DNA of 64,000 bases from Hypanus sabinus. Lineage: Eukaryota. The notes below the pieces were generated by a model. The model was not told the DNA's origin. It did not search any database and saw nothing but the letters and a program-made list of their open reading frames with translations. Every line of letters begins with the position of its first letter. Within the stretch, counting starts at the first letter, position 1. The position numbers and the translations under genes are program-made. The DNA is taken from NCBI RefSeq assembly GCF_030144855.1, contig NC_082715.1:146568001-146632000 (forward strand). The letters are read 5' to 3'. Positions 24,340-37,755 of this stretch are shown in pieces.

Positions 24340-25625
24340 AGAATCAGAATCAGAATTAGGTTTATCACTAGCATGTGTCGTGAAGATTGTTAACTTGGCA
24401 GCAGCAGTTCAATGCAATACATAATATGGAAGAAGATAACAAAATCAAAACAATAAATAGATAAATAAATAAATAACAGTATATGCATATTGAATAGATT
24501 AAAAATCATGCAAAAACAGAAATAATATATATTAAGGAAAAGAGGTAGTGCCCAAGGGTTCAATGTCCATTTAGGAATCGGACCAGCAGAGGGGAAGAAG
24601 CTGCTCCTGAATCGCAGAGTGTGTGCTTTTAGGCTTCTGTGCCTTCTGATGGTAGCAGTGAGAAAAGGGCATGCCCTGGGTGCTGGAGGTCCTTAATGAT
24701 GGGCGCTGCCTTTCTGAGACACCGCTCCTTGAAGATCTTCTTTATAGGCCACTACCGAAGATGGAGCCGACTAAATTAACAACCCCCTGCAGCTTCTTTC
24801 GGTCCTGTGCAGTAGCATCCCACCCACCCCGCTCCTTAGAGCGGACAATGATATAGCCTGTCAGAGTGTTCTCCACAGGACATCTATTGAAGTTTCTGAG
24901 TGTTTTTGTTGACATATCAAATCTTTTCAAGCTCCTAATGAAGTATAGTCGCTGTTTTGCCTTCTTTATATCTGCATCGATATGTTGAGACAAGGTTAGA
25001 TTCTCAGAGATCTTGACACCCAGGAACTTGAAACTGCTCACTCTCTCTACTTCTGATCCCTCTGTGAGGATTGGCATGTGTTCCTTCCTCTTACCCTTCT
25101 TGAAGTCCACAATCAGCTCATTCGTCTCACTGACGTTGAGTGCAAGTTATTGCTGTGACACCAGTCCACTAGTTGGCAGATCTCACTCCTGTAAGCCACC
25201 ACCCGCCTCCCCCCGTCTCCATCTGAGATTCTACCAACAATGGTTGTATAATCAGCAAACTTGTAGATGGTATTTCAGCTCTGCCTACCCACCGTCATGG
25301 TATAGAGACAACAGAGTAGTGGGTTGGGCACACAACCCTGCGGTGAACCAGTGCTAATAGTCAGCGAGGAGGAGATATTATCACCAATCCCCACAGATTA
25401 AGGATCCAATTGCAGAGGGAGGTACAGAGGCCCAGGTTTGTGGGGATTTTGGGGATTTTGGGGTTCGATGAATAGCATCCTGACATAGGTGTTTGTATTG
25501 TCCACTTGATCTAAGGCCGTGTGAAGAGTCGTTGAGATTGCATCTGCCATTGACCTATTGTGACGATAGGCAAGTTGCAGTGGATCCAGGTCCTTGCTGA
25601 GGCAAGAGTTCAGTCTAGTCGTGAC
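24340..25625 (-). mobile_element. Rex1/Babar-type LINE, 5'-truncated
   Basis: LDPLQLAYRHNRS, SSFKFLGVKISENL, KKAKQRLYFIRSLKRF; (CAGAAT)n tail near 24341. Confidence 0.88.
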
Positions 25626-27742
25626 CATCCTGGGAACAGATGTTCTCAGGGAAATTTTCGGAAGAAATGCGGCAAATGTTCAGGGGATATTTGAGTGGAG
25701 TTCTGCATAGGTTCGTTCCAATGAGACAGGGAAAGGATGGTAGAGTACAGGAACCGTGGTCTACAAAGGATCTTGTAAATCTAGTCAAGAAGAGCTTAAG
25801 AAATGTTCAAAAAACTAATTAATGAGAGAGATCCAGAAGATTATAAGGCTAGCAGGAAGAAGCTTAAGAAATAAATTAGGAGAGCCAGAAGCGGCCATGA
25901 GAAAGCCTTGGCGAGCAGGATTAAGGAACACCCTAAGGCATTCTTCAAGTAGGCGAAGAGCAAGAGGGTAAGACCTGAGAGAATAGGACACATCAAGTGT
26001 GACAGTGGAAACGCGTGTATGGAACCAGAGGAGATAGCGGAGGCACTTAATAAGTACTTTGTATTCACTCCAGAAAAAGGATCTTGTCGATTGTAGGAAT
26101 TGCTTACAGCGGGCTAAAAAGCATGAGCATGTAGATATTAAGAAAGAGGATGTGGTTTGGCTTTAAAAAATCGTCAGGTTCGTTAAGTCACCGCGACCGG
26201 ACGAGATGTATCCAAAGCTATTGTGGGAGGCGATGGAAGAGATTGCTGAGCCTCTGGCGATGATCTTTGCATCATCAATGTGGACGGGAGAGGTTCTGGA
26301 GGATTGGAGGATTGCGGATGTTGTTCAATCGTTCAAGAAAGGGAGTAGAGATAGCCCATGAAATTATAGACCAGTGAGTCTTAGTCCAGTGGTTGGTAAG
26401 TTGATGGAGATGATCCTGAAAGGCAGGATTTATGAACATTTGGAGAGGCATAATATGATTAGGAATAGTCAGCATGGCTATGTCAAGGGCAGGTCGTGCC
26501 TTACGAAACTCACTGAATTCTTTGAGGATCTGACTAAACACATTAATGAAGACAGAGCAGTAGATGTAGTGTATATGGGTTTCAGCAAGGCATTTCACAA
26601 GGTACGCTATGCAAGGCTTATTGAGAAAATAAGGAATCATGGAATCCAAGGGGACATTGCTTTGTGGATCCAGAAGTGGCTTGCCCACAGAAAGCAAAGT
26701 GTGGTTGTGGATGCGTCATATTCTAAATGGAGGTCCGTCATCAGTGGTGTGCCTCGGGGATTTGTTCTGGGATCCCAACTCTTCCTGATTTTTATAAATG
26801 ATCTGGATGAGGTGGTGGAGGGATGGGTTAGTAAATTTGCTGATGACACGAAGTTTGGGGACGTTGTGGATAATGTGGAGGGCTGTCAGAGGTTACAGCT
26901 GGACATTGATAGGATGCAAAACTGGGCTGAGAAGTGGCAGATGGAGTTCAACCCAGATACGTATGACTGGTTCATTTTGGTAGGGCAAATATGATGGCAG
27001 AATATAGTATTAATACTATGACTCTTGGCAGTGTGAAGGATGAGAAGGATCTTAGGGTCCGAGTCCATAGGACACTCAAAGCTGTTGCGTAGGTTGACTC
27101 TGTGGTTATGAAGGCATACGGTGTATTGGCTTTCATCGATCGTGGGATTGAGTTTATGAGCCGAGAGGTAATGTTGCAGGTATATAGTACCCTGGTCAGA
27201 CCCCACTTGGATTACTGTACTCAGTTCTGGTCGCCTCACTACAGGAAGGATGTGGAAGCCATAGAAAGGATGCAGAGGAGATTTACAAGGATTTTGCCTG
27301 GATTGTGGAGCATGTCTTATGAGAATAGGTTAAGGAAACTCGGCATTTTTTCCTTGGAGCGACGGAGGATGAGAGGTGACCTGATAGAGATGTGTAATAT
27401 GATGAGAGGCATTGATCATGTGGATAGTCAGAGGCTTTTTTCCACGGCTGCACTGTCTAACATGAGAGGGCAAAGTTTTAAGGTGCTTGGAAGAAGGTAC
27501 AGAGGACATGTCAGGGGTACGTTTTTTACGCAGAGATTGGTGAGTGCAAGGAATGGGCTGCAGGCGACGGTGGTGGGGGCGGATACGATAAGGTATTTTA
27601 AGAGACTCCTGGACAGCTACATCGAGGTCAGAAATATAGAGGGCTACCGGTAACCCTAGGTAATTCCTAAGGTAAAGACATGTTCGGCACAGCTTTGTGG
27701 ACCGAAGGTCCTGTTCTGCAGGTTTTCTATGTTTCTATGCGT
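25626..27742 (+). mobile_element. CR1 LINE, 5'-truncated, RT in broken ORFs
   Basis: SQHGYVKGRSCLT, KFADDTK, YCTQFWSPHYRKD; TTCTATGT tail. Confidence 0.93.
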
Positions 27743-29489
27743 TCTGTGTTACCAGGAATCCGTGAGGCAAACATACGTTTAGAGGTTATCAGATTGGGGG
27801 GGGGGGGGGGGGGCTGGTGATGGAGATTCCGCAGTACAATAACTGCCATTACAGAAACGATTTCCATCGTCACTATTAATAGAACCAAGCTACCACAGCT
27901 CTAAGAATGGATTGTGTCAAGATAGAAAAATGATCTATTAAAGCCTATTTCGCCCGGTATGTTAAAGCCCACAGTCAGAAGTGAATTGGAGTAGCTAGCT
28001 ACAGATGGAATTCATGCATGATATCTCAGAGGATGAAGTCAAACATACCTAGAGGCCATATGCGCTCCTATCTGCCTGAGCCTCTGACCCGGAATTGGAA
28101 AGGGATCAGAATATCTCCGTTTGCAGATTTGAAACTCTGCCCGATTCAAGCGGAGCAGTAACGAAGTTCTATCCAGAAATGCTGTCAAATTTCTTTCACA
28201 GCTGATGTCGTGCTCTGGTGTATCGGTTATTAACCATAAAACTGGGAAGAAGAATATGTCATTTTGTCCTTCTAACATGTTCGGCCATCCATCAATAGCT
28301 GGTTGATGTTCGACTTCTGCGTCGCGTTCCTGCCCTTTCCCTTAATATTGAGAAATCCGTGAACGAATTTAATGACGATGTCTCCAAAGGGTGGAGAATT
28401 ACACCTTTGAGTGCACTTTAAGTGCGCATGCTTGAGTGAGGAGAGGCTGTGCCAAGGAGCCATTTCTGGGAACCTGACGGAAACCCCAAAACAAAATTCC
28501 GGCAAAAGACCCGATTCCCTCCTCTCTTCTTTCAGCATTTTAAGATCTAATGGAATTTTAAATTTCATCAGGATTTTCCCTCATGCTCGTAAATTCGAGA
28601 GGAAACACGCTCAGACCACGCAATTTGTTCTCAGATAGCGAACCAGCTGTCCCTGGAACTAGTCTGGTGCTTATTTGTTGGAATCCCTGCATCATTTTAA
28701 GTGGCGATATGTAAATTACATGATGACGTTACCATTCGTGTCTTCAAATTTTTCTCGTGACAATATTAAAATAACATCTGCCTTCCTAGTGCTCTGTCGT
28801 ACCGGCACCTTGGCTTTGAGGAAGCCGACACCCGGTTAGCTTAGATAACAATGCTACCAAATCTCCCGCCATTAAAGTAATACAATACTTGAGATATCTG
28901 TAAAGTACAGTAGAATTGGAGCATGTTATTAAGCAATTAAACTAACGTTTCAATTAAAATTAGTTCCTGAAACAAATCGGTCCATAACTAGTTAAAATAA
29001 TAAATTAAAATAAACCACATTTAAACATTTATCTTTCTCTTTATACAACTCATCTTTTCCCTACACCCCACAAACAATGGAGTCTCCAAAATTTTCAAGG
29101 GGTGAACTTGGCCCCAAGATACAAGTCACATTCTACAGTGTAAAGCTGGATGATATCCTATTGGTTCTGCTCCAGGAGCGTGCAGCGCAGTATTTGATAG
29201 TCCAACGAAAATTGACCGGTTTGCGAATAGTTTTCAATAAATCGTTCTCAAAGCTTGAAAATGCGCACTTTGCAAAGTATTACCAATTTCGTGTCTTCCA
29301 AAAAGTTCTAATCAAAACAGGGAATGCTGCAAAGTTCAGACAGTTTTCCGTATAATTGTTAACATTTTAACTGAACGTGTAAAAGGTTTAATTATAGAGA
29401 ATAGAGAGGGTAGAGGGAACAAAATAAATGTCCACAATGTGATGGCGAGAAAGAGAGAATGAATGGTTTATCACATCAAGAGAAAGGTG

Positions 29490-29712
29490 GTAAGTCCCAG
29501 CAGCCTGCCTTTTTTAACACTAGCCTATTCACAGGACGATTTACAATGACCAATTAACCTACTAACGGGAATGCCTGTTGATTGTGTGAGGAAACCCACA
29601 GGAAACCCACGTGGTTCTTGGGGAGAACAAACAAACTCGTCCCAGACGGCGCCAGAACTGAGCTATGAACTGAGAAACCTGGGAGTTGTAGTGAGGCGCT
29701 ACGCTACCCTGG
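29490..29712 (-). mobile_element. V-SINE (HE1-like), partial
   Basis: Same position relative to flanks as the copy at 8866-9140. Confidence 0.6.
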
Positions 29713-32077
29713 CGCTCAAAAGACACGGACACGGAGAGGTGGAAGTGAATGCAAAACTGAGATTAAAGATAAAATATATAAATGGGAAATCCATCGTGGA
29801 TCTTCCTCAAGATGAGTATGCACCCTCATTGTGCGAATACTGTTAAAGCAGAAGATGAGCCGTGGGTCTCTGCGAAATGCCGAAGGGCATGCTTGGAACA
29901 GTAAAGGTGCCACTGGAAGTAACCACAGGACTTTTTGAGAACACTCATCTGGGAAGTGAGCTTATGAGGATGAAGAGGCATTGCTGGCAATTCAATTAAG
30001 AAGTCATTCAGCAGAATATTCTGATTGCAGCTATGGGATCTGAAGCGTACACTTTGTTCCTGCGTCCACAGACGCTGCTTAGCCGCTGAGTCTCAACATG
30101 TTCTGTTTATGCTTCAGGTTTCTAGCAACTAACGTTTAATTTTGATTATCGCACGACTTTGACGAATTAGCCTAGTGAACGTGCAATTTAAGATTACATA
30201 CATTGAAAATCACTGAAAAGAAACCATCTTTTCAACCCATGTTCAACCTTTTGTTTTACTGAATGTATGTTGGATGAACGATTGCTATGCTTGATTAGTT
30301 GGACGAACGTATAAGGTGTCAGATGTTCTAATGGTTGTCGCAGTAGGGGTACGATCGCTGGGGTGTAATAATATTAGGTACAAGTTGGTAAGGATTCTTA
30401 TAAGAGCAGTGATGCACGTGCGCAGCAAACAAACGGCAAAGGTACTCATTCTCTGAGTATTTGGAGTTAAGGTTTGTTTAGGTGTTTATTGATCCTGAGC
30501 ATGCGTGTGAGGCTGAGGCCAGTAAATACTTCTCAACAGCACATTTAAGTGGCGGATGTTTACTCCCTGTCGCTGAGATCAATAACAATAATGTGAGACT
30601 GGTGTTTTGAGTAACCTGAATGGATTCCGTGGCCCTAGCATGCAGAATCCATCTTGTCTATCTCCCCCTCATTGCCGAAGCAATCCTTACATAAACCTCC
30701 ATTTTATGCTTATACGTTACGCTTTGCTTAAACTTGGCTCCCCTTCGAAAGCTTAAAAATTGTACCGGAAAACCAAATCAATAAGAACTTCCCGAAGTGA
30801 ATCCCAGTCAAACTCTAATCACCATCTCTGTCTGTTCTTAGATTTAATGTTTTGCAGGGATTTGCAGTCATCCTTGAAATAAAAGTAAGCTGACACAGTT
30901 CAGCATTTCCGTAAGCCGTCAATCTTTGGCTATATTAAATATCTGATTATATTAAAGGTTCCTTGCTGTAAATCAGTAACTTTTCGGTTGCAACTAACAA
31001 GTTAAGGACCGAAGAAATATGCAGCAGTACCAACATAGGACCACCTAGCTCCACTCACTGCCTATCCCTGCTCCGGTGAGACCATTTATCTTGCCTATTG
31101 CCCTGTTGCTCCTCGTACGCTGTGCTTTGCAAGGTGTTCTAAAATCTAGCAGTGTCACTGATGAATACTGTACATGACTGATGTCTGAGGAGAAAGTTGG
31201 GAATCCTTCATATAAAAAGAAGCTTTTTAGTCCTGAGATTATCCAAATCTTCAATTAAAGACGGTCGACTCCAGTTTCAGCTTTAACAGCTACAGAAAGC
31301 GCTTCCCAATATCTAGCTTCTCAAACTAATTGAGGATCTTGCACAGAGATCGTCGGTCATTCTGTTAAACTACGGTAACTTTACTCCAGTTTTCTTAATA
31401 TCAGTTTAATTCATATTGTTTTCACCTTGGGAATTAATTCAGTCTACTATGCTTCTCTGACACCAAGCAAATATATCATGTCTTAGACACAGAAAATGAC
31501 CACTAAGTAGAAAAAATCGCGATCTCTGGAACTCCCTGCACAATTTGAGAATATATTTAAATATACCACTGACCTCCTCAATGCGATGCCAAATAAAAAT
31601 GCGTGGAAGTAATATTGTAAACATTTTCTATTACATTTGGCAAACCAAAATTTGAAAATCAGAAAGAAAATGATCAACAAATGCATCAAAATATGGACAC
31701 ATCACTTACTGTTAATTAATTATAAAAGCCAAGACATCACTTTTAACTTATTGCTCTGCAACACCGCAACGTATGCCGCAATATATTGTGTGAAATGTCA
31801 CCACTCCAGGTTTCCTCTTTTCCGTTTGGTGTATCCGATCTCGTAGGAAAGAACTTCAATACTACTTTCCCACATCCACATCGTCAAATGTAGTAAGTGT
31901 TTTCAGTATTTCATTGAGGTGGCCACTCTTCTAAACTCTGGAGAATTTAGGTATAGCCTTCTTAACTCTCAACATAAAATCAACACCTACTCCCAGATGC
32001 TAAACGGACGAACCCTCTTCATTTAATCGCATTCGTATCTATCCTTGGAGAGAGAATTGCTTCCTATTCAAATCGGA

Positions 32078-32348
32078 CACCACGAGAGCGTAGTGGTTAG
32101 CCTAAAGATATTACAGCTCGGGGTATCGAAGTACAGAGTTCAATCCGGACGTTTTTCGTTAGGAGTTTGCACGTTCCTTCCCTGAACACGCGGGCTTCCA
32201 CAAGGTGCTCCTGTTTCCTCCAAATTCCGAAGATCTACATTGTAAATTGTCCTGTGATTAGGCTAGGATTACTAGGTGGGTTGCTGGGCTGTGAGGCTCA
32301 CTGGGTGGGAAGGGCCTGTTCCACGCTGTGTCTCTAAATAAATAAATA
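32078..32348 (+). mobile_element. tRNA-head V-SINE (HE1-like)
   Basis: A-box TAGTGGTTAG, B-box GAGTTCAATCC, V-domain GGAGTTTGCACGTT, CR1-like tail with (TAAA)n. Confidence 0.8.
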
Positions 32349-32834
32349 TAGTCTTCAGATGCCGTACTGTTAAGGTGTGACTATGCTTAATTTACTGTTA
32401 TAATCATGTCCTGTTGCCCTTCCTGCTAATGGTTTTCACTCACATTGACTCTCGGTGAATTATTTGTAGATCCTAAATTGTTTTTAATACTGACATTGTA
32501 ATCTATTGCTTTAATTTTCAATTCGTACAGATGGTTACTTCATGTTCAGAAATGACATATGACATCGAAGGGCCTTCTTCTATAATTCTATGGCTTTCTG
32601 CCTGCCCTTAACTGGCCCAGTTCCCCTGTTAGTCCTTTGTTTTTTAAATTTATATATAAATTTCCACCACGTGTCTTCATCTATCAGATTCCATGTCGTC
32701 CTCCTTCTTCTTTCCTTGTCTTCTTGTTCTGGCAATTTAATTCCTTCACTACTAGTCCGAGAGCAGGGCCGCGTCCCTGAACGTCGGCTGTTCATTCATT
32801 TCCGGAGATGTTACCAGACCACCTGCGGTCTTCC

Positions 32835-33170
32835 AGCGTTTTGTGTGTGTTGCTCAAATGCACTGAAGGAAAGTGTGCTGACTGGCTGCATTATGGCCTT
32901 TTATGGGAACAACAGTGACTTTGCGCGGAAATCTTACAACAGGTAGTGGATTCTGCCCAGTAAATCACAGGTAATACGCTCCTAAACATTGAGCACATCT
33001 ACATGAAACGTCGCCGCAGAAAAGCAGCATCGATTATCAAAGGTCCTCAGCACTCAAGACAGGCTGGTTTCGCGCTGCTACCATCAAGGCAAAGGTACAG
33101 GTGGCTCAGGACTCGGGGAGGGACCGGGTTCAAGAACAGTTACCACCCCTCAATCATCAGGCTCCTGATC
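32835..33170 (+). mobile_element. Rex1/Babar-type LINE 3' fragment
   Basis: KAASIIKGPQH..LLPSRQRYR..FKNSYHPSIIRLL. Confidence 0.8.
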
Positions 33171-33596
33171 TGCAGTGGATTACACTCATTTAAGGACTCT
33201 TTTATTGTCACATGCACGCAATCCTGTAAAAGTATCAGCAGCAATAGTACACACCTGGAGCCTGGCTTTGCTGTTAACAAAACACTATTTTATCAGTAAC
33301 TACGTCGCATAGTGACTTAAACCAGGTGACTCAAGAGTTAAATAGTGTTATGCACGTATAGGGGTGAATATATAATTCCCCAAACATCTTCAAAGCAAGG
33401 GTGGTAGGTAACACAGTCTTACGATGTGTGTAAGAAAGTTCTGTTCAGTTCAATCCACAGGTGAATTCATGCGAAATATTTGTAATCCAAAGGCGAGTAT
33501 TGTGAGAAGGCAATTACATCGATATTCCACAGATTCCACGATAGCAATACAAAATAACAATAGCAGTAGGTTTTTTTCTCCGACGTTGTTCCACTA

Positions 33597-33796
33597 NNNN
33601 NNNNNNNNNNNNNNNNNNNNNNNNNNNNNNNNNNNNNNNNNNNNNNNNNNNNNNNNNNNNNNNNNNNNNNNNNNNNNNNNNNNNNNNNNNNNNNNNNNNN
33701 NNNNNNNNNNNNNNNNNNNNNNNNNNNNNNNNNNNNNNNNNNNNNNNNNNNNNNNNNNNNNNNNNNNNNNNNNNNNNNNNNNNNNNNNNNNNNNNN
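33597..33796. other. Assembly gap (200 N)
   Basis: Exactly 200 N, the same size as the second gap, so a placeholder of unknown true length. Confidence 0.99.
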
Positions 33797-33939
33797 GCGC
33801 AAAATAAAATAATTTGGTCTATCGAATCTGTTCTGTAAATTCAAACATGTGTGATTTTTTTCACCCCAATTTTCCCACCTTCTCCCCGAAACCATTAAAG
33901 CTTTACCAATAAAGTATCTATTATCTTTGCCCTAATTAC

Positions 33940-34205
33940 TCCAATTAACGTGTCCTCAACAGCCGTCTATGGCAGAGCTATTGAATTACCGCACCCTGTC
34001 TGAATAAATTCCTCCTCATCTCAGTTTCAAAGAGACCTTCCTTTATTCTGAGGCTATGCCCTTGTATCATAGACTCCCGACTAATGAAAACATTAGTACG
34101 TCCATTCTATCTAGGCCTTTCATTCTCCCATATGTTCCATTGAGATCTCCCCTCGCTAAGTGCAGGCAAAGAGACAACAAACGCGTCTCATAGGCTAAGT
34201 CTTCC
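33940..34205 (-). mobile_element. CR1 LINE 3' fragment
   Basis: Reverse-strand RGDL..TY..MKGLDRMDV motif. Confidence 0.65.
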
Positions 34206-34364
34206 ATTTTTGAGACTGAATGCCCCCTCCTTTTGAGCGCTAATTTTTCCATAGTTCTGCTGAGAATTAATTCTTCTTCTAAAGCCGTACTCTTGGTGAT
34301 AAGGTTTTAGCTAAATATTTAAAAATTGGCCAATTAAAACATTTCCATATGTATGTGCAAGTAC

Positions 34365-34500
34365 TGTACTTCCTGAAGAAGGGTCTCAGCCCGAAATGTG
34401 AACTATTTATACATTTCCATAAAGAATGCCTGAACTGCTGTTTTCCTCCAGCATTTTCTCTGTGTGCTGCTTTGGATTTCCAACATCTACAGAATTCCGC
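34365..34500 (+). ncRNA. Penelope-associated repeat with the best-preserved minimal hammerhead-ribozyme-like core
   Basis: CTGAAGA (34373-79), short GGG/CCC helix II, GAAA (34393-96); helix III region diverged. Confidence 0.4.
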
Positions 34501-34799
34501 ATGTTTATGATTTACTGCCATTTCCTCCAGCTATTAATGGATTTAGGGTGATTATTTTTGGTCAAACCCAAACTGTTGGTGGAACCAACCGAATCGGCAT
34601 AATTCCGAGGCAGAAAATTTGGTACAAACTGAGTGATGCATCACTATTTCACTATTTGGTACTTATGTTCCACTCAGATTTCGTTAATAACTGCATAACT
34701 ATTCAAGCTGTGGTGAACTTTCAGAACAAACCACAAGGAGTCAGGTTTGGAGAAGACAGTGGTTTTCGAGAGACATCGAAATCCTAGTAAAGACGAAGG

Positions 34800-35935
34800 A
34801 AGTTCACAGCAGGTGTAGGTAGCAAGGAACAAATGAGGTACCTGAGGAGTCTAAGAAATGTACTTCTAATGGGTATAAGATTGCAGTTCAGAAGCAAGTT
34901 TTGAGGGCTAATAGAAGGCATGAGATTGTTCTAGCAAACTAAGGAAAGGAATCCCCAGAGTTTCTACATGTATATCACGAGTAACAGTATAACAAGTGAC
35001 TAATGGGTGTTCTATCCGATCAGAGTGGCCATGAAGCTGAAGGAGCTTAGAGAGATCACAAGTGGATTTTTTAGAACTGTATTTTCTCGGGAGACGGACA
35101 CAGAGCGAGTCAAAACAACAGTGTGTCCGTGGACTTAAGAGAATTACAGAGGAGGAAGTGCTTACTGTTTTGGGGCAGCTTAGGATGGACATTCCCCAGG
35201 CGCTGAAAAAGTGCTCTCGGTCTTTGTGGGAGGCTAGTGCAGAAATTGCAGGGCACTTAGCAAAAGGTCCTTAGCTTCAAATGAGGGGTCGGAGGATGGA
35301 AGGGTAACTAATGTTGTTCCGTTGTTGAAGAATGGCTCCAAGAATAGGATTGGCAATTATATGCCGGTGAGCCTGACGTTACTAATGGGTAGGATAACGA
35401 CAGCGATTCTAAGGGATCAGATATAAAGGCATTTGGAAAAACACAGATACTCTTTAGAAATAGATTTGTGCGCAGTGGGTAATATCTAACTAATCTTATA
35501 GAGTTCTTTTCAGAACGTTATCAAGAGATTTGATGAAGGAAAGACAATGGATATTTACTACATGGACTATAGGGAGGCCCATGACTAGGCCCTGTATGGG
35601 AAGTTGTCATGAAGGTCAAGTCCTTTTGCATTCAGTATAAGGTAGGAATCTGGAATAGATATTGGCTTCGCAGAAACAGGCAGAGAGTGCCCATAGATTT
35701 TCTCCTCTCTGAGAGGAGGCCTGTGACCAGTAGAGTACCTTAGGGATGGGTGTTATTTCCGTTGTGGATTGTCATCTATATCAATGATCCGAATGACAAT
35801 TGATAAACTGGATCATCATATTTGTGGATCTTACGAAGATTGGGAAGGCAGTTAACAGCAAGCAAAACCATTGAAGCTCGTAGCGGGATCTGAAGTAGCT
35901 GGAAAAATAGACTGAAAAATGGCAGACACATCAAC
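34800..35935 (+). mobile_element. CR1 LINE, heavily decayed
   Basis: Patchy similarity to the RT region of the CR1 copies at 25.6 and 51.3 kb. Confidence 0.65.
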
Positions 35936-36528
35936 AAACTTCTAAAGGAAGCAAAGATTAAAGTTGCGTCGAGAGTGGAATATTATTTCTTTCAGTCCCG
36001 AATACTCAACCCCATTATCTAATACTGAAACCTTTAGCTCTCAAGAAAAAGTAGGCAGGAACCGTCTTTGTATCTGCCTAGTGCACAAAGAGTTTTATAT
36101 ATTTCAATGACATCGCCTCTGTTCCATCTAAATGCAGTGGAATATACACCCTATGGATTCATTCACTTAAACATTATCTGCTGCTCTTCTTACGAACTGA
36201 GGCGTGTACAACCTCCATAAGACAAGGGAACCAGAACTGTGTGTAATACTCCAGGTGATGCCCCAATATAATGGCAATAACAAGACTGAAGCAGATTGTT
36301 CCTTTCCAACCATTTCACCGCGTATATATGTGTCAATCGTCCTCAGTTGAATGAGTTTCCCATGACATATCATTGTGTGTCTGTCTTGGCATGTGTGCGC
36401 TTACATGTGGGTGCGTGAACCATCAGATAGCTACACAAGTTTTTTTTTAATAATATCACGCACATTTCACTGCTGCAATTTTGCATCAAGGCAATATAAT
36501 TAAAGAGAGATTTAAATTATATGTTTGG

Positions 36529-36534
36529 TTTATT
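36529..36534 (-). terminator. Putative polyadenylation signal of the unit 3 light-chain gene
   Basis: AATAAA about 350 nt past the C stop codon; conserved in the unit 4 paralog at 53790-53795. Confidence 0.55.
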
Positions 36535-36885
36535 CTGCACTCGAAATAAAAGCCATGAAAGCATACATGATCAGACATAATCGCTAATGTTACTGGATAT
36601 TTGTGCTCGAAATCGTCAGCAGTAGGCGAGCATCAAGACTGCAATCTTCAAACTACGGTCATTTGATGAGTATTTGGGGATGCATTTAACTGAGATTAAA
36701 TACCATTGGAGTTTCAATTAACAACGATACCGATTTAATAGAAACACAATTAAGACTGACAAAACTTACATGATGACTCCGAATGCAAATACTTAACTAC
36801 AAAAGAATAATGGTTCAAAATCATTTTGATGAAGAAAAGTCTAGGAAAATAAGCTTTTCATTTTGATTAAGTTTTAAATATAGTT

Positions 36886-37208
36886 TTAGACACAGCCGGA
36901 TCTCGTGATCGTTTCTTCAAAGGGGTTTGCTTGACTTTCGTGCGTAACCACACAGGAGTAACGCTCGTGTGAGTTCCATTCTGAGGCTGGCAGAGTCAGG
37001 TAACTGCTCACACTGAACGTGTTGTCCGTGTCCTGCTGGACAGGGCTCGTCTCCACGCCGTCCTTTCTCGCACGACCGTCTAGGGTCCATTCAATGTCCA
37101 CTGCGCCGGGATTAAAACGGCTCACCAAACACACCAGCGTCGCTGTGGCTTTTCCCGTGATTTCTTCTGAGGAAGGCCGGAGGACGGAGACGGCGGGAGC
37201 CCGAGGAT
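36886..37208 (-). CDS. IGLC: Ig lambda-type light chain constant exon, unit 3 (intact)
   Basis: Acceptor ACACAG|AT. Reads NPRAPAVSVLRPSSEEITGKATATLVCLVSRFNPGAVDIEW...LTLPASEWNSHERYSCVVTHE...RSGCV*; phase matches the J donor; penultimate Cys; resembles elasmobranch type II (lambda) C. Confidence 0.97.
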
Positions 37209-37675
37209 CTGTGTAAAATAAGGTCCCAGTTTAGTACAGGTTGAGAAACTGTTTCAGTTAAAACATCCCGTTTGTTGAAAGTGCATTTGGTATTGCATGT
37301 ATCCATTCATCTTAGTGAATGATTTTTTTTTTTTGTTTTCCCGGTACAATCGGTTAAATTGGACGTGAGAAAATTGCCAGCTAAAATCTCCCGTGAATAA
37401 TTGCTCTTTGTGAGACTGGGGCCTAATGTGCAGAGTGACGTAAAAATGAATGATTTCGCAACGGGTTTTAATCAGTCTCGAATGCATGCATTCATTCCAT
37501 TCAGGTTGAATAAAAATCCAAGGTTGTAACTGAACGCTAATTGTGACTTCCATTGACACCTAAGCCTCCACTGTCCCTACTTCTACCTTAGACATCTTCA
37601 CTTGATTCAGCTGTTCAGTCATCCAGACAAGAGACAGAAGTCTATTCATGTTTTGCTTAAAATTTAAGGATTAGT

Positions 37676-37755
37676 ACAATGCTTCTCAACCTTTTTTATG
37701 ATATGGACCCTTACCGTTCGCAGAGACGTCTATACACCCAGGTTGGGAGCACCGG
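37676..37755. mobile_element. Small hAT-type MITE relic in the J-C intron
   Basis: TTCTCAACC...GGTTGGGAGCACC termini; paralogous copy at about 18447-18510. Confidence 0.5.

Noticed and set aside
27796-27813. 18-nt G homopolymer
   Set aside because: Simple repeat next to a LINE end with no supporting context; length may be a sequencing artefact.
32078-32150. tRNA gene
   Set aside because: A and B boxes belong to a SINE head; no cloverleaf seen.
33424-33895. ORFs spanning N runs (also 57655-58095)
   Set aside because: Artefacts of translating gaps as X.
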